Made by a program: the position numbers and the translations under genes. From a virus (lineage: Duplodnaviria > Heunggongvirae > Uroviricota > Caudoviricetes), in the IMG/VR virus record IMGVR_UViG_2534682252_000039: a stretch of 61,732 bases of DNA; one strand, 5' to 3'. Each line of letters begins with the position of its first letter. Position 1 is the stretch's first letter. The notes below the pieces were generated by a model, which saw only the letters and a program-made list of their open reading frames with translations, was not told the origin of the DNA and did not search any database. Shown one piece after another: positions 39,376 through 50,173 of the stretch.

Positions 39376-39617
39376 TGCGGTTTCTCCTTATCGGATGCCG
39401 GTTGGGCGACCGGTTTTTCTGTCGCAGTCGTTGCATCCGCAGATACAGCCGGAGCCTCTTCAGCGGATTTTTCAGCCTGAATGACATCGCCGTCATCAAG
39501 ACGCCGACACCAGAACGGCGTAAAGGGCTTTTCCTCCCCCTCCTGTGCCAGCAGGCGCATTGTGTCGGGATCACGAATCAGGCGTCCCGGCGCGGGTTTG
39601 ATAAAGATGGTTTTCAT
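39372..39617 (-). CDS. Small Mu-like structural protein
   Basis: Position. Confidence 0.5.
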   Translation of the reverse strand: MKTIFIKPAPGRLIRDPDTMRLLAQEGEEKPFTPFWCRRLDDGDVIQAEKSAEEAPAVSADATTATEKPVAQPASDKEKPQ

Positions 39618-40178
39618 TTACAGTTCCTCCGGCGGTTCGACCGCCGTTGTCGTGTTCCCCGGCAAATCAATATGTGCCTCAAACGGCGGCGTACCGGGCG
39701 GCTCCACAAAGGTTTCGTAATGACGCAGGAAGTCGTCCAGCGAGCTGATATCGGTCAGCGGTGCGATCATTTCCTCGCAGGAGAAATAAAGCGCATACAT
39801 CACCGCACCACTGTCCGCCTGGGTTTCGGTGTAACCGTTGACCGCCTTTTCAAAGTAAAGCGGTGAGGTTTTTTCTGTTCTGAAGCCGTTAAGCACGGCA
39901 ATCAGCCGGGCCACAATCTGATACAGTCCGGGACGGCTGGCCTCACGCCCGTTGAGCATGTCGCCGATGACGTAGAACACCCAGTGACTGACCAGGCGAC
40001 CACGGGTACGGCCTTCACCGGCACCCAGCCAGGCAACGTAGATCGCCGGGGCGTTAATCAGCATGCTGCGCAGTACGCCGTCGCTCCAGTCGCCGGGATG
40101 CGTGTCAACAGACACAAGTTCATTCCCGAAATACTCACGGATACGGGCGATGTATGCCTGTTCGGTTTCCGTAATCAT
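39618..40178 (-). CDS. Mu gp37-like virion protein
   Basis: Position and size. Confidence 0.55.
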   Translation of the reverse strand: MITETEQAYIARIREYFGNELVSVDTHPGDWSDGVLRSMLINAPAIYVAWLGAGEGRTRGRLVSHWVFYVIGDMLNGREASRPGLYQIVARLIAVLNGFRTEKTSPLYFEKAVNGYTETQADSGAVMYALYFSCEEMIAPLTDISSLDDFLRHYETFVEPPGTPPFEAHIDLPGNTTTAVEPPEEL

Positions 40179-40594
40179 ATGAAGCCCTTCTGGTTGCGCC
40201 CGAATACCGCTGCATCAGACTGAACCTGTGGTAAATCCCCGGATTCAGGGGCCGCACCGTTCGTATCCACACCGACCGGCACATTGCCGTTCATGACATC
40301 TTTCAGCCAGGCCAGCGCTTCACGGTAACGGTCACGCGCCTGATCGGAGGCTCGCTGATCGCACAGGTAATAAAAGGCAATCGCGCAACAGTGCTGAACA
40401 AGAACGGCCGGAATAACCTCCAGCGGCAACGTGTAACGGGCGGACAGATAGCTGTCGATAAGGGCTGACGCATCTGTCAGCGCCCGGTTCAGCTTGCGCG
40501 TGTCCGGCTCATCCGAACGGGGCACAGCCAGTAACGGCCTGAGCAAATCCTCGCGGTAACGCGCCCGCATATCGGTTTCAGTGGCGTAATTCAT
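40175..40594 (-). CDS. Mu gp36-like head-tail protein
   Basis: Position and size. Confidence 0.55.
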   Translation of the reverse strand: MNYATETDMRARYREDLLRPLLAVPRSDEPDTRKLNRALTDASALIDSYLSARYTLPLEVIPAVLVQHCCAIAFYYLCDQRASDQARDRYREALAWLKDVMNGNVPVGVDTNGAAPESGDLPQVQSDAAVFGRNQKGFI

Positions 40595-40950
40595 GCGCGG
40601 GCCTTTTTCGCCTGTTTCGCTTTGTTACCGGTCTTTTTCCGGGGAGCATCCTGTCCGGCTTCAGCTTCGGCTAAATCTGTACCGGCCACTGCATGAACCA
40701 CACCCGCCACGCTCCCCGCATCATCAGCAGACGTCTGTAGTATTCGCACAGTGAGGCATGGCTCCGCCTCCAGTCGGGCAAGCTGCTCCGGGGTGACCTC
40801 AACCTGCTGACGTCCACGCGTGAACAGGAACCCCGCACGACGAAACGCCGAACGACTGCAACGCACTTCTGCCAGCACCGTGACAGAATTGTCACCACTG
40901 ACCTGAAGACCTGAATCATCTGTTGCTGCCACAGTGTGATGTTCATTCAT
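40591..40950 (-). CDS. Mu gp35-like protein with basic C-terminal tail
   Basis: C-terminal KKTGNKAKQAKKARA. Confidence 0.5.
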   Translation of the reverse strand: MNEHHTVAATDDSGLQVSGDNSVTVLAEVRCSRSAFRRAGFLFTRGRQQVEVTPEQLARLEAEPCLTVRILQTSADDAGSVAGVVHAVAGTDLAEAEAGQDAPRKKTGNKAKQAKKARA

Positions 40951-40993
40951 ATTTGCCCTCCGCAGGGGCCGGGCCGTAAACCCGGCTCACCGT

Positions 40994-41941
40994 TTACAGA
41001 TAATCCGCGACAACCAGCTCCAGCTTGCCCTTCATCTCGTTAGAGACGGTTGCGTTTCCGTCTGCGAACAGTTCACGCTCCAGCAGCTGCACCGCCTGTT
41101 TTTCCAGCGAGGTGGGGACAACAATATGGGTGGGTTTGATGCCGAGTTTGCGGCCACCGTCAGCGGTAAACTCACGCATGGCTGACCAGCCATGCCACAG
41201 CGCATCCAGCGTCAGCGGTGACTGCATCATGTAGGCCATCTGCCAGAAGCCGTAGCCCACATTGCGACGGGCGGAAGCACCGAACACAAATTCGTTATCG
41301 GTGAATGCGCGACCTTCATCGACTTTGGTCTGGGCAACCAGTTCAGCCTTACGGCGATCCTGATAAATCAGCGGTTTGATTGCGCGTGAACAGTCGAGCA
41401 GATACCAGGCAGGACCGCTGTAATCCGCCTGTGCACCGACAGAGCCGGTTTTTGCCACAAACATATTGCTGACCATCTGCGCATCACCGGAGCCATCCAC
41501 TTTGGGGTAAACCGGGTGTTCGGTATCAAAGAAGTTCTGGCCGTCATAGCAGGCCGCACTGATCCCGTCACCCAGTGCAGCAAAGACCAGTTCATCCGGT
41601 TGTGCCGCCGCAGCGCGCCCCATCTCCTGGAACAACGGGGAGTAGATGCCAAGATTGTCGTCTTCGAAGTCATCGCGGCTAATGGCGACGGTGCCTTCGA
41701 AGGTTTTGTTCACGATGGCGTAGCCATAGGCTTTCATCTTCTCGATGACGCGGGAGCCGATCCACTCACGGAACTGCGGGAACTGCCCCAGCCAGCCGTA
41801 GGTGTTGGATTTCGACGTGGACGGCACGGTCATCGCAATTTTCTGGTACTGCGACGGAGCCATGGACATCCCGGCCTGAAAATCAGAACGGTAGCCCGTC
41901 ATCAGGGCGGTGATCATCGCCGGTGTAATCGGGGTAGGCAT
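40994..41941 (-). CDS. T: Major head subunit T
   Basis: 315 aa after the protease/scaffold gene. Confidence 0.85.
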   Translation of the reverse strand: MPTPITPAMITALMTGYRSDFQAGMSMAPSQYQKIAMTVPSTSKSNTYGWLGQFPQFREWIGSRVIEKMKAYGYAIVNKTFEGTVAISRDDFEDDNLGIYSPLFQEMGRAAAAQPDELVFAALGDGISAACYDGQNFFDTEHPVYPKVDGSGDAQMVSNMFVAKTGSVGAQADYSGPAWYLLDCSRAIKPLIYQDRRKAELVAQTKVDEGRAFTDNEFVFGASARRNVGYGFWQMAYMMQSPLTLDALWHGWSAMREFTADGGRKLGIKPTHIVVPTSLEKQAVQLLERELFADGNATVSNEMKGKLELVVADYL

Positions 41942-43065
41942 TATTGCATTTCCTCTTTCATTTTCAGGAACTCGGCTTCGGTTTTACCCAGCAGACGGGC
42001 GGCGGCGATATCTTCAGCCGACAGCGCAGCGGTGGCGGTCTTTTTATCCGGCACGGTTACGGTGTCGGTCTGAAGAGTAGTCAGAGCCGCAACCGGCTGA
42101 CGGGCGTCAAGCTGTGCAGAAAGTGCCGCAACACCAATCTGTTGTCCGAGTCCTTCCATGTATCCGCGTTCGCTTTTGAAAATGCGTCCTTCGGACTCGG
42201 CCTTATCCAGCAACTGCTCCAGCGTGGTGCTGCCGTGCTGTGCCGACAGCGCGACATATTCGGTACGCAGGGCGTTATACGTCTCAACGGGCACATATTT
42301 CGTCAGATCAATAGTGCCGCCAGTTGGTGTGCCTTTTGCGGTTTCCAGCTCTGCCGACAAACTGGCGACCTGTGTTTTCAGGTTGTCGTGTGCATCCGCA
42401 CGGGTTTTGATCCCGGTGAGGGCAGACAGCGCCGCCGTGCCCAGCTCCGGCGTAAATTCGTCACCGTCAGCCACGGTCAGACCGAGCGCCGTCAGCAACT
42501 GGCGTAATTGCTCATTCATGGAGGTATCCTTTAAAGGAGGGTTTAAGGCGTTATAAAGGTCATCCGCCGACAGCGCGGCGACAGGATTCATGCCGGTCAG
42601 ACCGGGGTCACCGGTAATAGCCAGCATCCGAAGTTCGACAGGTTCGCCGGTGTTCTCGTCATAGCCAATCACCGGTGAAAACCAGGGGAATTCGTTATTA
42701 CGCAGATGTTCAAGGGCCGGAGGGTTCCACTTCGGGCGCACCTCGAAGCCACGCTCTTCACTGAAGCGAAAATTCTCCGGTGAGGCCATCACAAAACCGG
42801 CAGCCGGTGCCTGATGCCCCTTAATCAGGGTCTGGTGGTTGTAGTCAATTTTCACCGGCTGATTGAGCGCCACAACCCGGGAGACCATGCGCTCAACGGC
42901 TGCATGGTTGATCAGCCAGCCCTCGGCCGGTTTTTCCGGGCGACCGTCACGGGCCTTTACCCGACCGGCTGGCATGATCTGACACCAGTCACCGTCCCCG
43001 TCTGCGGACAGGCTGATGGCATTCAGAATGGCATAAGCAAGTTTGGGCGTGTTTTTCGTCTTCAT
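41941..43065 (-). CDS. I: Head maturation protease / scaffold I
   Basis: 374 aa; N-terminal protease-like, C-terminal Ala-rich coiled coil. Confidence 0.8.
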   Translation of the reverse strand: MKTKNTPKLAYAILNAISLSADGDGDWCQIMPAGRVKARDGRPEKPAEGWLINHAAVERMVSRVVALNQPVKIDYNHQTLIKGHQAPAAGFVMASPENFRFSEERGFEVRPKWNPPALEHLRNNEFPWFSPVIGYDENTGEPVELRMLAITGDPGLTGMNPVAALSADDLYNALNPPLKDTSMNEQLRQLLTALGLTVADGDEFTPELGTAALSALTGIKTRADAHDNLKTQVASLSAELETAKGTPTGGTIDLTKYVPVETYNALRTEYVALSAQHGSTTLEQLLDKAESEGRIFKSERGYMEGLGQQIGVAALSAQLDARQPVAALTTLQTDTVTVPDKKTATAALSAEDIAAARLLGKTEAEFLKMKEEMQ

Positions 43066-43241
43066 TCCGGCAGCATAAGCCGGGAATTTTCAGGGCGGGT
43101 TTTGCGGGATTTCAGGAAGTGCTTCCAGGGGAAAAATACAAAGGCGCTTCACGCAGATTTTAAAGCCCGTTAAATACAGGTTAGAAAATCACGACACGCG
43201 CCTGAAGGGGGTAAGGTAATGCATTTGCATACCTTAAACAA

Positions 43242-43715
43242 TTAAGGCGTTTCTGTGGCCTTTTTAAAGCGTTTTCTGATTTCGTCCATGATCTCCTGCT
43301 CTGCCACCTGATCAAAGCCCATATACGGACGTGCACCAATGGCCGCCGGTCCAGGCGGCATACCTGGCAGGCCACCCCACTGATGAATGGCCGCATAAGG
43401 CTCATTTGATCCAATCAGCGCCCAGGTATCGCCATAATCCGTGGTCAGGCGTCGGGCCAGATCGCCGTTCAGCGTCAGGATTTTGCCGGGCATGTATCCC
43501 TTACGGGTACGCCACTTGCGGTAAGGATCTGACCAGTCATGCCAGCGTTCGCCGTCCGGCTCTTTTTCCTGTTCAAACGCCATTTCTGACGATGACAGAA
43601 GACTCGCCGCCACACTGCGGGCCAGGTCTTTCCCTCCACCCACAAACTGAAGCCGGGCAAAGACCCGCTGGAGACGCGTAACGTCAACAACGACAGCGGC
43701 ATCAATGGATGACAT
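43242..43715 (-). CDS. G: Virion morphogenesis protein G
   Basis: 157 aa between F and I. Confidence 0.7.
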   Translation of the reverse strand: MSSIDAAVVVDVTRLQRVFARLQFVGGGKDLARSVAASLLSSSEMAFEQEKEPDGERWHDWSDPYRKWRTRKGYMPGKILTLNGDLARRLTTDYGDTWALIGSNEPYAAIHQWGGLPGMPPGPAAIGARPYMGFDQVAEQEIMDEIRKRFKKATETP

Positions 43716-43836
43716 ATTGCCTCCGCATAAAGGATGAATATAAAATAAACAGGCGGTCAGTGTACGCTTAACTGGTAAAGTCGGTGCCTGCCTCCGGGTG
43801 GATCATGTATGCGGGTTCAACCCCCGCCACTGACCG

Positions 43837-45168
43837 TTAATCAATATCTCCTTCCAGTACCTCAAGCATTCCACCCCGGATATCCGATTTCAGCTTATCC
43901 ATATTGATAACCCGGTAAGCATTCACAATCACATCCAGTTTATCCGGCTGACGCTTCAGGCTGTACGGCGCATTAACGGCAATCTGCACACTGCTATCCT
44001 TACTTTCCACGATATACATCAGATTGTTGTGGCGTTTGTCCCACAGCACCGCTTTTGGCTTTGCCAGCATTGCCGGTAATCGACCGAAATCCTCCGGCGT
44101 CAGGGCGATACCGTCATTCTGATGTTTCATGCTGTCCGCATGGAGCACATTTTTACCGCTCATCGCCAGCAGGCGGGCCGGTGGCGTTCCCGTCCGGCTT
44201 TCCACCGCCTGCGCAATACTTTCGGTCATAAAGCCCAGCGTGCGGATATCGTTACCGCCTCGCCGGGTTTTCATGATGTTTTTTGCCCAGATGCGGAACG
44301 CCAGCTGCCGCTCCGGGCTGTTGTTCATCTCCTGCACCACCATTTCCCGCAGCGCCGGGCTTTTCACCTCGATCAGTTTACGGATCAACGCCTGGTCTGT
44401 GCCGAACGCCGCCGAGCCGGGGTTATATGACCAGCCCACATCCGGTGTCATGGTTCTGGTGCCATCTGAATATGTGGTCACCGGCATTTCTCTGACTTCT
44501 CCGGTCTGCTTATCCACGCCAGCCTCAACATTGCGGGTGGAAAGATGATCCTGACCGGATGAAACAGACAGCCCCATCGCATCCAGACGGGCCTGAGACA
44601 ATGGCCGGACACGGCAGCGGCAGTTCCAGCCATTGGGTGGGTAGTGTGTATTCCAGAACGGATCGTCATAGCGGAATACCAGCCCGTTAAGGGCGGAATG
44701 CGCCGGGCGGGTGCGGCTGTCCATCACCGCCACATACTGCCAGAACGGATGCGTGTCCGTGTTGTTCATCATCTGCGTGTAACGCCCGGCATTGTAAGCC
44801 ACGCGGGTGTTCACGTTGTAAATCAGCGCCAGACGGCGGGGACTGCCCAGTTGCACTTCTTCTGCGTTACCGGCGCTGTCCACCACAATCTGCTTTCCCC
44901 ACCATCCCAGCTTTTGCAGGCGGGGTGTCAGTGTGCGGATAAATGCTTTCTGTGAAATCCCCTCATCAACAGCACGCTGCACTTCCGCCTGTAGTGTGGT
45001 CAGTACGTCCAGGCGTGCCGCTTTTGCCGCCGTGAATGAACGGGCATGAACATCCGCGTCTGTTTCGAACCAGTTCCAGCTGATATGCGCCCCTTTGGCG
45101 CGGAAGTATGCCACCGCCTCTTTTGAGGGAAGCGTGGCGGCATAACCTAAATCAATCCCCTGTGCCAT
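43837..45168 (-). CDS. F: Head morphogenesis protein F (MuF)
   Basis: 443 aa after portal. Confidence 0.8.
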   Translation of the reverse strand: MAQGIDLGYAATLPSKEAVAYFRAKGAHISWNWFETDADVHARSFTAAKAARLDVLTTLQAEVQRAVDEGISQKAFIRTLTPRLQKLGWWGKQIVVDSAGNAEEVQLGSPRRLALIYNVNTRVAYNAGRYTQMMNNTDTHPFWQYVAVMDSRTRPAHSALNGLVFRYDDPFWNTHYPPNGWNCRCRVRPLSQARLDAMGLSVSSGQDHLSTRNVEAGVDKQTGEVREMPVTTYSDGTRTMTPDVGWSYNPGSAAFGTDQALIRKLIEVKSPALREMVVQEMNNSPERQLAFRIWAKNIMKTRRGGNDIRTLGFMTESIAQAVESRTGTPPARLLAMSGKNVLHADSMKHQNDGIALTPEDFGRLPAMLAKPKAVLWDKRHNNLMYIVESKDSSVQIAVNAPYSLKRQPDKLDVIVNAYRVINMDKLKSDIRGGMLEVLEGDID

Positions 45169-46750
45169 CCAGCATCCCCTTCATTTCCGCAGCAAACATG
45201 GCATCACTGAGCAGCGTCATCAGGCGGGAATCATCCATTTCACGGTAAAGGGCAGGCAGGTCTGCCAGTGCCTCCGCCAGCCCCCGCGTTCTGATGGCTT
45301 CAATGACCGGCTCCAGTACCGGGTCGATGGCCTCCTGTAACCGGCGGGCAGGCACCGCGTCCCCCATGTCGTCCAGTTCATCTCGGGGGCTGCTCTTCGC
45401 TTCCGGCAGTCTGGCAGCCAGCGCTGTCTGCTCTGTCTTCTCCTGTTTTTCCGGTGGCATCTCTTTGTCTGTCTGAGCAGGTTCATTGCCACTCTGACGG
45501 ACACGGAAGATGGCTTCACCGGGGGCAGGCTGTGGAATACCGGTCTGCTCCCGTACCCAGGGATCAGGAATATCCATCCCCGTACTGAGCTGCATCACCG
45601 CACTGGTGATTTTGGTGATATCCCCCGGCTCTTTTGTCTGGAAACAGATACGCGGCAGGCGACGGATATCTATGGCGTGGGCGGTGTTCAGGGCATACAG
45701 CGGATACACCAGATCGCGGTTCAGCGTGGCGGCCAGCTGACGTAAATCAGAATCCCTGATTTCCCGGCGCACCTCGTTATGCACTTCACCCAGCGAGCGC
45801 GCGCCCTTGTCTCCGGCTTCCGTGGTCAGCGTGCCGCCGAGGATAGCTTTGGAGATGGAACGCTCCCCCCACGAAATCATGGTTTCAAACGGATCGGCCT
45901 GACCGTTCGCTGCCGCCTGAAACTCCAGCGACATCCCGGCCGGGATGATCCCGCCTGTACGTCGACCGATATCCATCACCGCCCGCATCAGGGCGCTTTT
46001 CTGCTCCGGTGTTGCCCCGGACGGGTATTTCCCGACCTTCATCGGCAGGCCGTACACCTCCAGAAATTCAGCCAGATCACGCACGGAATAGTTTTTGAAA
46101 ATGAACGGCCAGATAAGCGTCCTGACAAGCCCCGTTGCGCCGCCGTAACCGGTGCGTGAACGTGACTGATGCACTATCCAGCCAAAGGGCTGAAACGCCA
46201 CCCCGGCATGGCTGCCGTCACGCAGCCGCAGTTCGCTCAAATCATCCGGGTTAAGGCAGAAATGCCCGCTGTCACGCCAGCGGATGGCGCGGATGATGTG
46301 CATTTTACCGAGCATCCCGTGCTCAATCTCCATACAGGAATAGCCCTTCAGGATGGCATCGGTGGCATCAAACAGCATGGCATCAAACCAGTCGGCGGAA
46401 TGAAGATATTCGTCGAGCATTTCCGCGTCCTTTTTCTCATTCGCGCTGGCGTTCGGTGGCGGCTCAATACTCCAGGGCACGCCCTGAATGGCAAGACGTC
46501 GCTTGCCCAGCTCTGCAAAAAGGTGGGTATCCTTTTCTTCAATGTCAGCGGCCAGATCGGACTGGGCAATCAGATCGCCACGTTCAGCCCCGCGAAGGCA
46601 CTGCGCCGCCCGGTTCGGGGTGATACCCGAGGCCGGATGTTCAATATAACGGCTGGCAATCTGCGGAATATCCAGCACGGCACTCTGCATCTCCGGGTCA
46701 AAGGAGAAAGGTTTTCCGTCAAGATCAATTATGCGTCCCACTACCAGCAC
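45152..46750 (-). CDS. Portal protein (Mu gp29-like)
   Basis: 532 aa after terminase. Confidence 0.8.
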   Translation of the reverse strand: MLVVGRIIDLDGKPFSFDPEMQSAVLDIPQIASRYIEHPASGITPNRAAQCLRGAERGDLIAQSDLAADIEEKDTHLFAELGKRRLAIQGVPWSIEPPPNASANEKKDAEMLDEYLHSADWFDAMLFDATDAILKGYSCMEIEHGMLGKMHIIRAIRWRDSGHFCLNPDDLSELRLRDGSHAGVAFQPFGWIVHQSRSRTGYGGATGLVRTLIWPFIFKNYSVRDLAEFLEVYGLPMKVGKYPSGATPEQKSALMRAVMDIGRRTGGIIPAGMSLEFQAAANGQADPFETMISWGERSISKAILGGTLTTEAGDKGARSLGEVHNEVRREIRDSDLRQLAATLNRDLVYPLYALNTAHAIDIRRLPRICFQTKEPGDITKITSAVMQLSTGMDIPDPWVREQTGIPQPAPGEAIFRVRQSGNEPAQTDKEMPPEKQEKTEQTALAARLPEAKSSPRDELDDMGDAVPARRLQEAIDPVLEPVIEAIRTRGLAEALADLPALYREMDDSRLMTLLSDAMFAAEMKGMLDGTGD

Positions 46751-48405
46751 CCCCGATCAAATTCATGATATGCCTCATCGTCATCACGATAACCGCCCTC
46801 CATGGCCCGCGACCGCTCCGGCAGCGCCTGACAGGCTGATTCATCCAGGATGAAACCCTCCATGTATGACGCCCGGTTTGCCATACAGAGCGCCACGGCA
46901 AAATCACCATGGCGGCGGGCGTTCACAGCCGTTGCGTTCTGGTCCTTCGTGCGCCCCTTGTCGATTTGCGGGATACCGTTCACCACCTTCACATGGCGCA
47001 AATCATCAAGCGTGGTCTGATGGCGGGCGACGAGGATATTCTGATCTTCAAACTCGGCCTTCAGTTTTGGCATCCACTCGCCGTACCACTTCGGCGATAA
47101 CATCACGCAGTCGATGATGTCCGGGCCAAAGGCCAGCAGCGCGGCTTCGGCCAGATAGCCGCCGTTACCGGTGGCATCGAACGCCGCGCCAGTCAGCGCC
47201 GGAACGCGGGTCAGGATGTACATCATCACCTGCTCCTGCTGGGCATATGGCAGGTTACGCAGCTCCACGCGAAACACCTCGCGTTTTGCCAGGGATTCGG
47301 TGATTTCCAGCAGCACAAAGCAGGACAGGTCACCGGTGCGGGCAAAATCTTCCCCGAAGCTGAAGCGGGAACGGGGATTTAATTTCTCTGTAAGCGGTTT
47401 TAAATGTTCTTCACACCAGGTTAAAACTTCCGATTCACGCAGCCATGCGGCACGGCTGATGAAGTCGTCCGGGGCTTCAAACGTCAGAATCGGGATGTCG
47501 CGGATCATCGCCATTTCAATAAGCGCGTGAGGAATATAGGCACCGCCGGATTTTTTCGGGATACAGCCGTATTCCTCGTCGGCATCCTCACGGGTCGGGG
47601 CGTTTTTGTAGAGATCATCACGCCACTTCTGCTCGCTTTCCGGTGACCATTCGCGGCCGGTGACATAACAGATACGACGGTACAGCCCGTCCGCAATGGC
47701 ATCATCCAGGGTAATGCGGTGGACGCTGTAATCCTTGCGCCCTTCGCGGGCTTCCTGAATGTACTGATTAAACAGATTATCGACGCCGTTATGCGTGGAG
47801 ATAATACGCACGCGCGCGCCCCACATGGTAAGCGCCATTGCCGCCTTGAGAAGCTCATCCAGTGACTCGTGGAACGCGGCTTCATCAATCACCACATCCC
47901 CCTGAAGGCCGCGCAGGTTTGATGGACGGGAAGACAGTGCCTGAATTTTGAATCCACTGTTCGGAAAGCGGATCATGTAGGTCAGAATTTCTTCTTTTTT
48001 ATCCCGATCCCAGAAGGTCTGCTCATACACATCAGCATCTGCCAGCTGGTTAAAGGCACGGGAGAACAGTGCACAGGCAGAAATATATTCCAGCGCCATC
48101 TCCTGCTTTGACCCCACATAAAACACATTGCGGCCACCGCGCCGCTTCGGTTTTGCAGCGGTAATGACGTTACGCCCGGCTTCCGCCCAGGTAAGCCCGG
48201 TGCGGCGGGATTTTTCCGCGATGCAGACCTCGCTTTCATCCTCAAACCAGCGGGCCTGATAATCCAGAAATACCGGCATATCACCGGGCAAATCAAGGCT
48301 GTCCGGCACATCCACGCCCAGCAGGGCTTTTTCACCGGCCAGATCAATTTTGCGGGTGGAGACGGTATTCGTCAGTAAGGGGGAGAGTTCTTCGGCGTTA
48401 TTCAT
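46741..48405 (-). CDS. Terminase large subunit (Mu gp28-like)
   Basis: 554 aa; acidic nuclease-like C-terminus. Confidence 0.85.
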   Translation of the reverse strand: MNNAEELSPLLTNTVSTRKIDLAGEKALLGVDVPDSLDLPGDMPVFLDYQARWFEDESEVCIAEKSRRTGLTWAEAGRNVITAAKPKRRGGRNVFYVGSKQEMALEYISACALFSRAFNQLADADVYEQTFWDRDKKEEILTYMIRFPNSGFKIQALSSRPSNLRGLQGDVVIDEAAFHESLDELLKAAMALTMWGARVRIISTHNGVDNLFNQYIQEAREGRKDYSVHRITLDDAIADGLYRRICYVTGREWSPESEQKWRDDLYKNAPTREDADEEYGCIPKKSGGAYIPHALIEMAMIRDIPILTFEAPDDFISRAAWLRESEVLTWCEEHLKPLTEKLNPRSRFSFGEDFARTGDLSCFVLLEITESLAKREVFRVELRNLPYAQQEQVMMYILTRVPALTGAAFDATGNGGYLAEAALLAFGPDIIDCVMLSPKWYGEWMPKLKAEFEDQNILVARHQTTLDDLRHVKVVNGIPQIDKGRTKDQNATAVNARRHGDFAVALCMANRASYMEGFILDESACQALPERSRAMEGGYRDDDEAYHEFDRGCW

Positions 48406-48986
48406 CAGACTTTACCCAACAGAATCCCCTTAATACGGGACTCAAGCTGTTCACTCATCCCGTCCACGCCGCGCAGCTCGTCGGTGACGGCGTTTGCCAT
48501 CTCTTCAGCAAATGCAGCCCTGATTTCTTTTTCACGCTTAATGCTGCGCTCGGCGGCACTTTCCGCACGCTGTGCTGACAGGAGGATGTCCTTAATAAGA
48601 CGCATATCCACGTCGCTGTCACTGTTCAGGGATTCGGTCGCGGCACGCAGACGGCGGTACATCAGGGCGCGGGACATCTCCAGGATCAATGCAGTGGTTT
48701 CACCGGTTGGCTTGTCCCCCAGTTCGGCCATCATGGCTTTTGTCTGCTCGCGTAAATCACGCAGGTTACGGGCAATCAGCTCATTACGGGAGGCTTCCCG
48801 GCTGATGGCCGCCGGTGAAAGCTGCTGCTCTTCCGGCAGGCCCGCCTCACGGATCAGACGGTTGATTTCCTCGCGTATCTGGACCTGCGTCAGACGTTTT
48901 TCACGCAGCATTTCCAGCAGTGGCTTACGGATGCTGTCGGGGAGCAAATCCACCTTGCGCACGCGGCCACGCGTCGGCTTGTCCAT
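48405..48986 (-). CDS. Mu gp27-like protein (candidate small terminase)
   Basis: Directly upstream of large terminase. Confidence 0.6.
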   Translation of the reverse strand: MDKPTRGRVRKVDLLPDSIRKPLLEMLREKRLTQVQIREEINRLIREAGLPEEQQLSPAAISREASRNELIARNLRDLREQTKAMMAELGDKPTGETTALILEMSRALMYRRLRAATESLNSDSDVDMRLIKDILLSAQRAESAAERSIKREKEIRAAFAEEMANAVTDELRGVDGMSEQLESRIKGILLGKV

Positions 48987-48988
48987 CG

Positions 48989-49279
48989 TTACCCCCTTGC
49001 GCGTGGTTTCTTCACACCCGGAACGCTGGCGCGGCCTTCCGCCACATCCTGCCCCCGGCCGGTCAGTTCCGCGATGAAATAACCGTTAATCAGAACGCGT
49101 TTGCGCACCAGTCCCTGCTCGGCAAGCCAGGCAATGTGGGTGTGAACGGTGTCGCGGGACACGCGGTGGCCGTAATCATCCAGACAGTCCTGGAGCACGG
49201 ATTCACCCAGTTCACCGTTGTAATCTGCCAGCGACCGCAGAATGACCAGACGCTGATCTTCAGTAATGAAATCACTCAT
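48989..49279 (-). CDS. Mu gp26-like small protein
   Basis: Position. Confidence 0.5.
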   Translation of the reverse strand: MSDFITEDQRLVILRSLADYNGELGESVLQDCLDDYGHRVSRDTVHTHIAWLAEQGLVRKRVLINGYFIAELTGRGQDVAEGRASVPGVKKPRARG

Positions 49280-49583
49280 TCGTTTTTTTCCTTACAGCCT
49301 GCTCCAGCAGCAGTTCGTTCTGATAGGAGACAGAGCGGAGCGTGGCGTTCGTGGTTTTCAGTTCACCCCGCAGGGTCACGATTTCCACATTCAGACGGTT
49401 GACCTCGGCTTCTGTCGGCAGTGACGACAGGCGGGTTTCCACCTTCTCAACGCGGTCGGAGAGTTTTTCAAAGGCCTCGCGGGGGACAAACGTTTTGCGC
49501 ATCAGCGCCATGAATATCCCGCCAGCGGTTGCCGTCGCCGAAAGGATCGGCACAACATAATCTTTAACGATGCTGACCCACAT
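49272..49583 (-). CDS. Membrane + coiled-coil protein (Mu gp25-like; possible lysis accessory)
   Basis: N-terminal TM helix then coiled coil. Confidence 0.5.
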   Translation of the reverse strand: MWVSIVKDYVVPILSATATAGGIFMALMRKTFVPREAFEKLSDRVEKVETRLSSLPTEAEVNRLNVEIVTLRGELKTTNATLRSVSYQNELLLEQAVRKKTNE

Positions 49584-49791
49584 GACGGGCCTCCATGATG
49601 TTCTGGCAGTTCACACAACGGATGGCATCCGGCACAGCAACAAGACGCGCGGCGGGGATCTCTCCGCCACAGTCCGCGCAAATACGTCTACCCGGAGCAT
49701 CCATTGCCCGGCGCTTACGTGTCAGCCGGTTACAAAGGGCGCGTTCTGATCCCCGCTCCATCACAGCCTGAGCACGATCTGAATCATCCAT
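49564..49791 (-). CDS. TraR/DksA-family C4 zinc-finger protein
   Basis: CADCGGEIPAARLVAVPDAIRCVNCQ. Confidence 0.6.
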   Translation of the reverse strand: MDDSDRAQAVMERGSERALCNRLTRKRRAMDAPGRRICADCGGEIPAARLVAVPDAIRCVNCQNIMEARHVGQHR

Positions 49792-49801
49792 ACCTTTTTC
49801 C

Positions 49802-50173
49802 TTACTTCGTCTTTCCTGCCGGAACAGCAGGCGTTCCGGCCATATCAGTAAATTCATGTTGTCGCCGCGCCTCCAGACGACGAATACTGGCCTTGTCCAC
49901 GTTGCAGTTCTTGATCACCGCCAGCAGTTGCAGGTTGTAAGTGACCGATGCCCCAAACGTGAACGGCTCCGGCGCAGGAGGGACCAGGCAGTCAGCCAGC
50001 CATTCAGCGGGGATCGGCACCGGCTTCACAGGCACGTATTTCACAGACGGCCCGGCGCACCCGATCAGCCACATCATCAGGAACAGGGGCAGAGGCAGCA
50101 GGCACTGCTGCCAGCGACCGGCGGACAACGCTCTGTTGCTCCTCGGTGTGCTGAATGTTCTGTTGCTTTTCAT
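49802..50173 (-). CDS. Candidate o-spanin (Pro-rich outer-membrane lipoprotein); start uncertain
   Basis: Lipobox-like LIGC after a hydrophobic stretch, Pro-rich mature part; overlaps i-spanin 3' end in another frame. Confidence 0.4.
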   Translation of the reverse strand: MKSNRTFSTPRSNRALSAGRWQQCLLPLPLFLMMWLIGCAGPSVKYVPVKPVPIPAEWLADCLVPPAPEPFTFGASVTYNLQLLAVIKNCNVDKASIRRLEARRQHEFTDMAGTPAVPAGKTK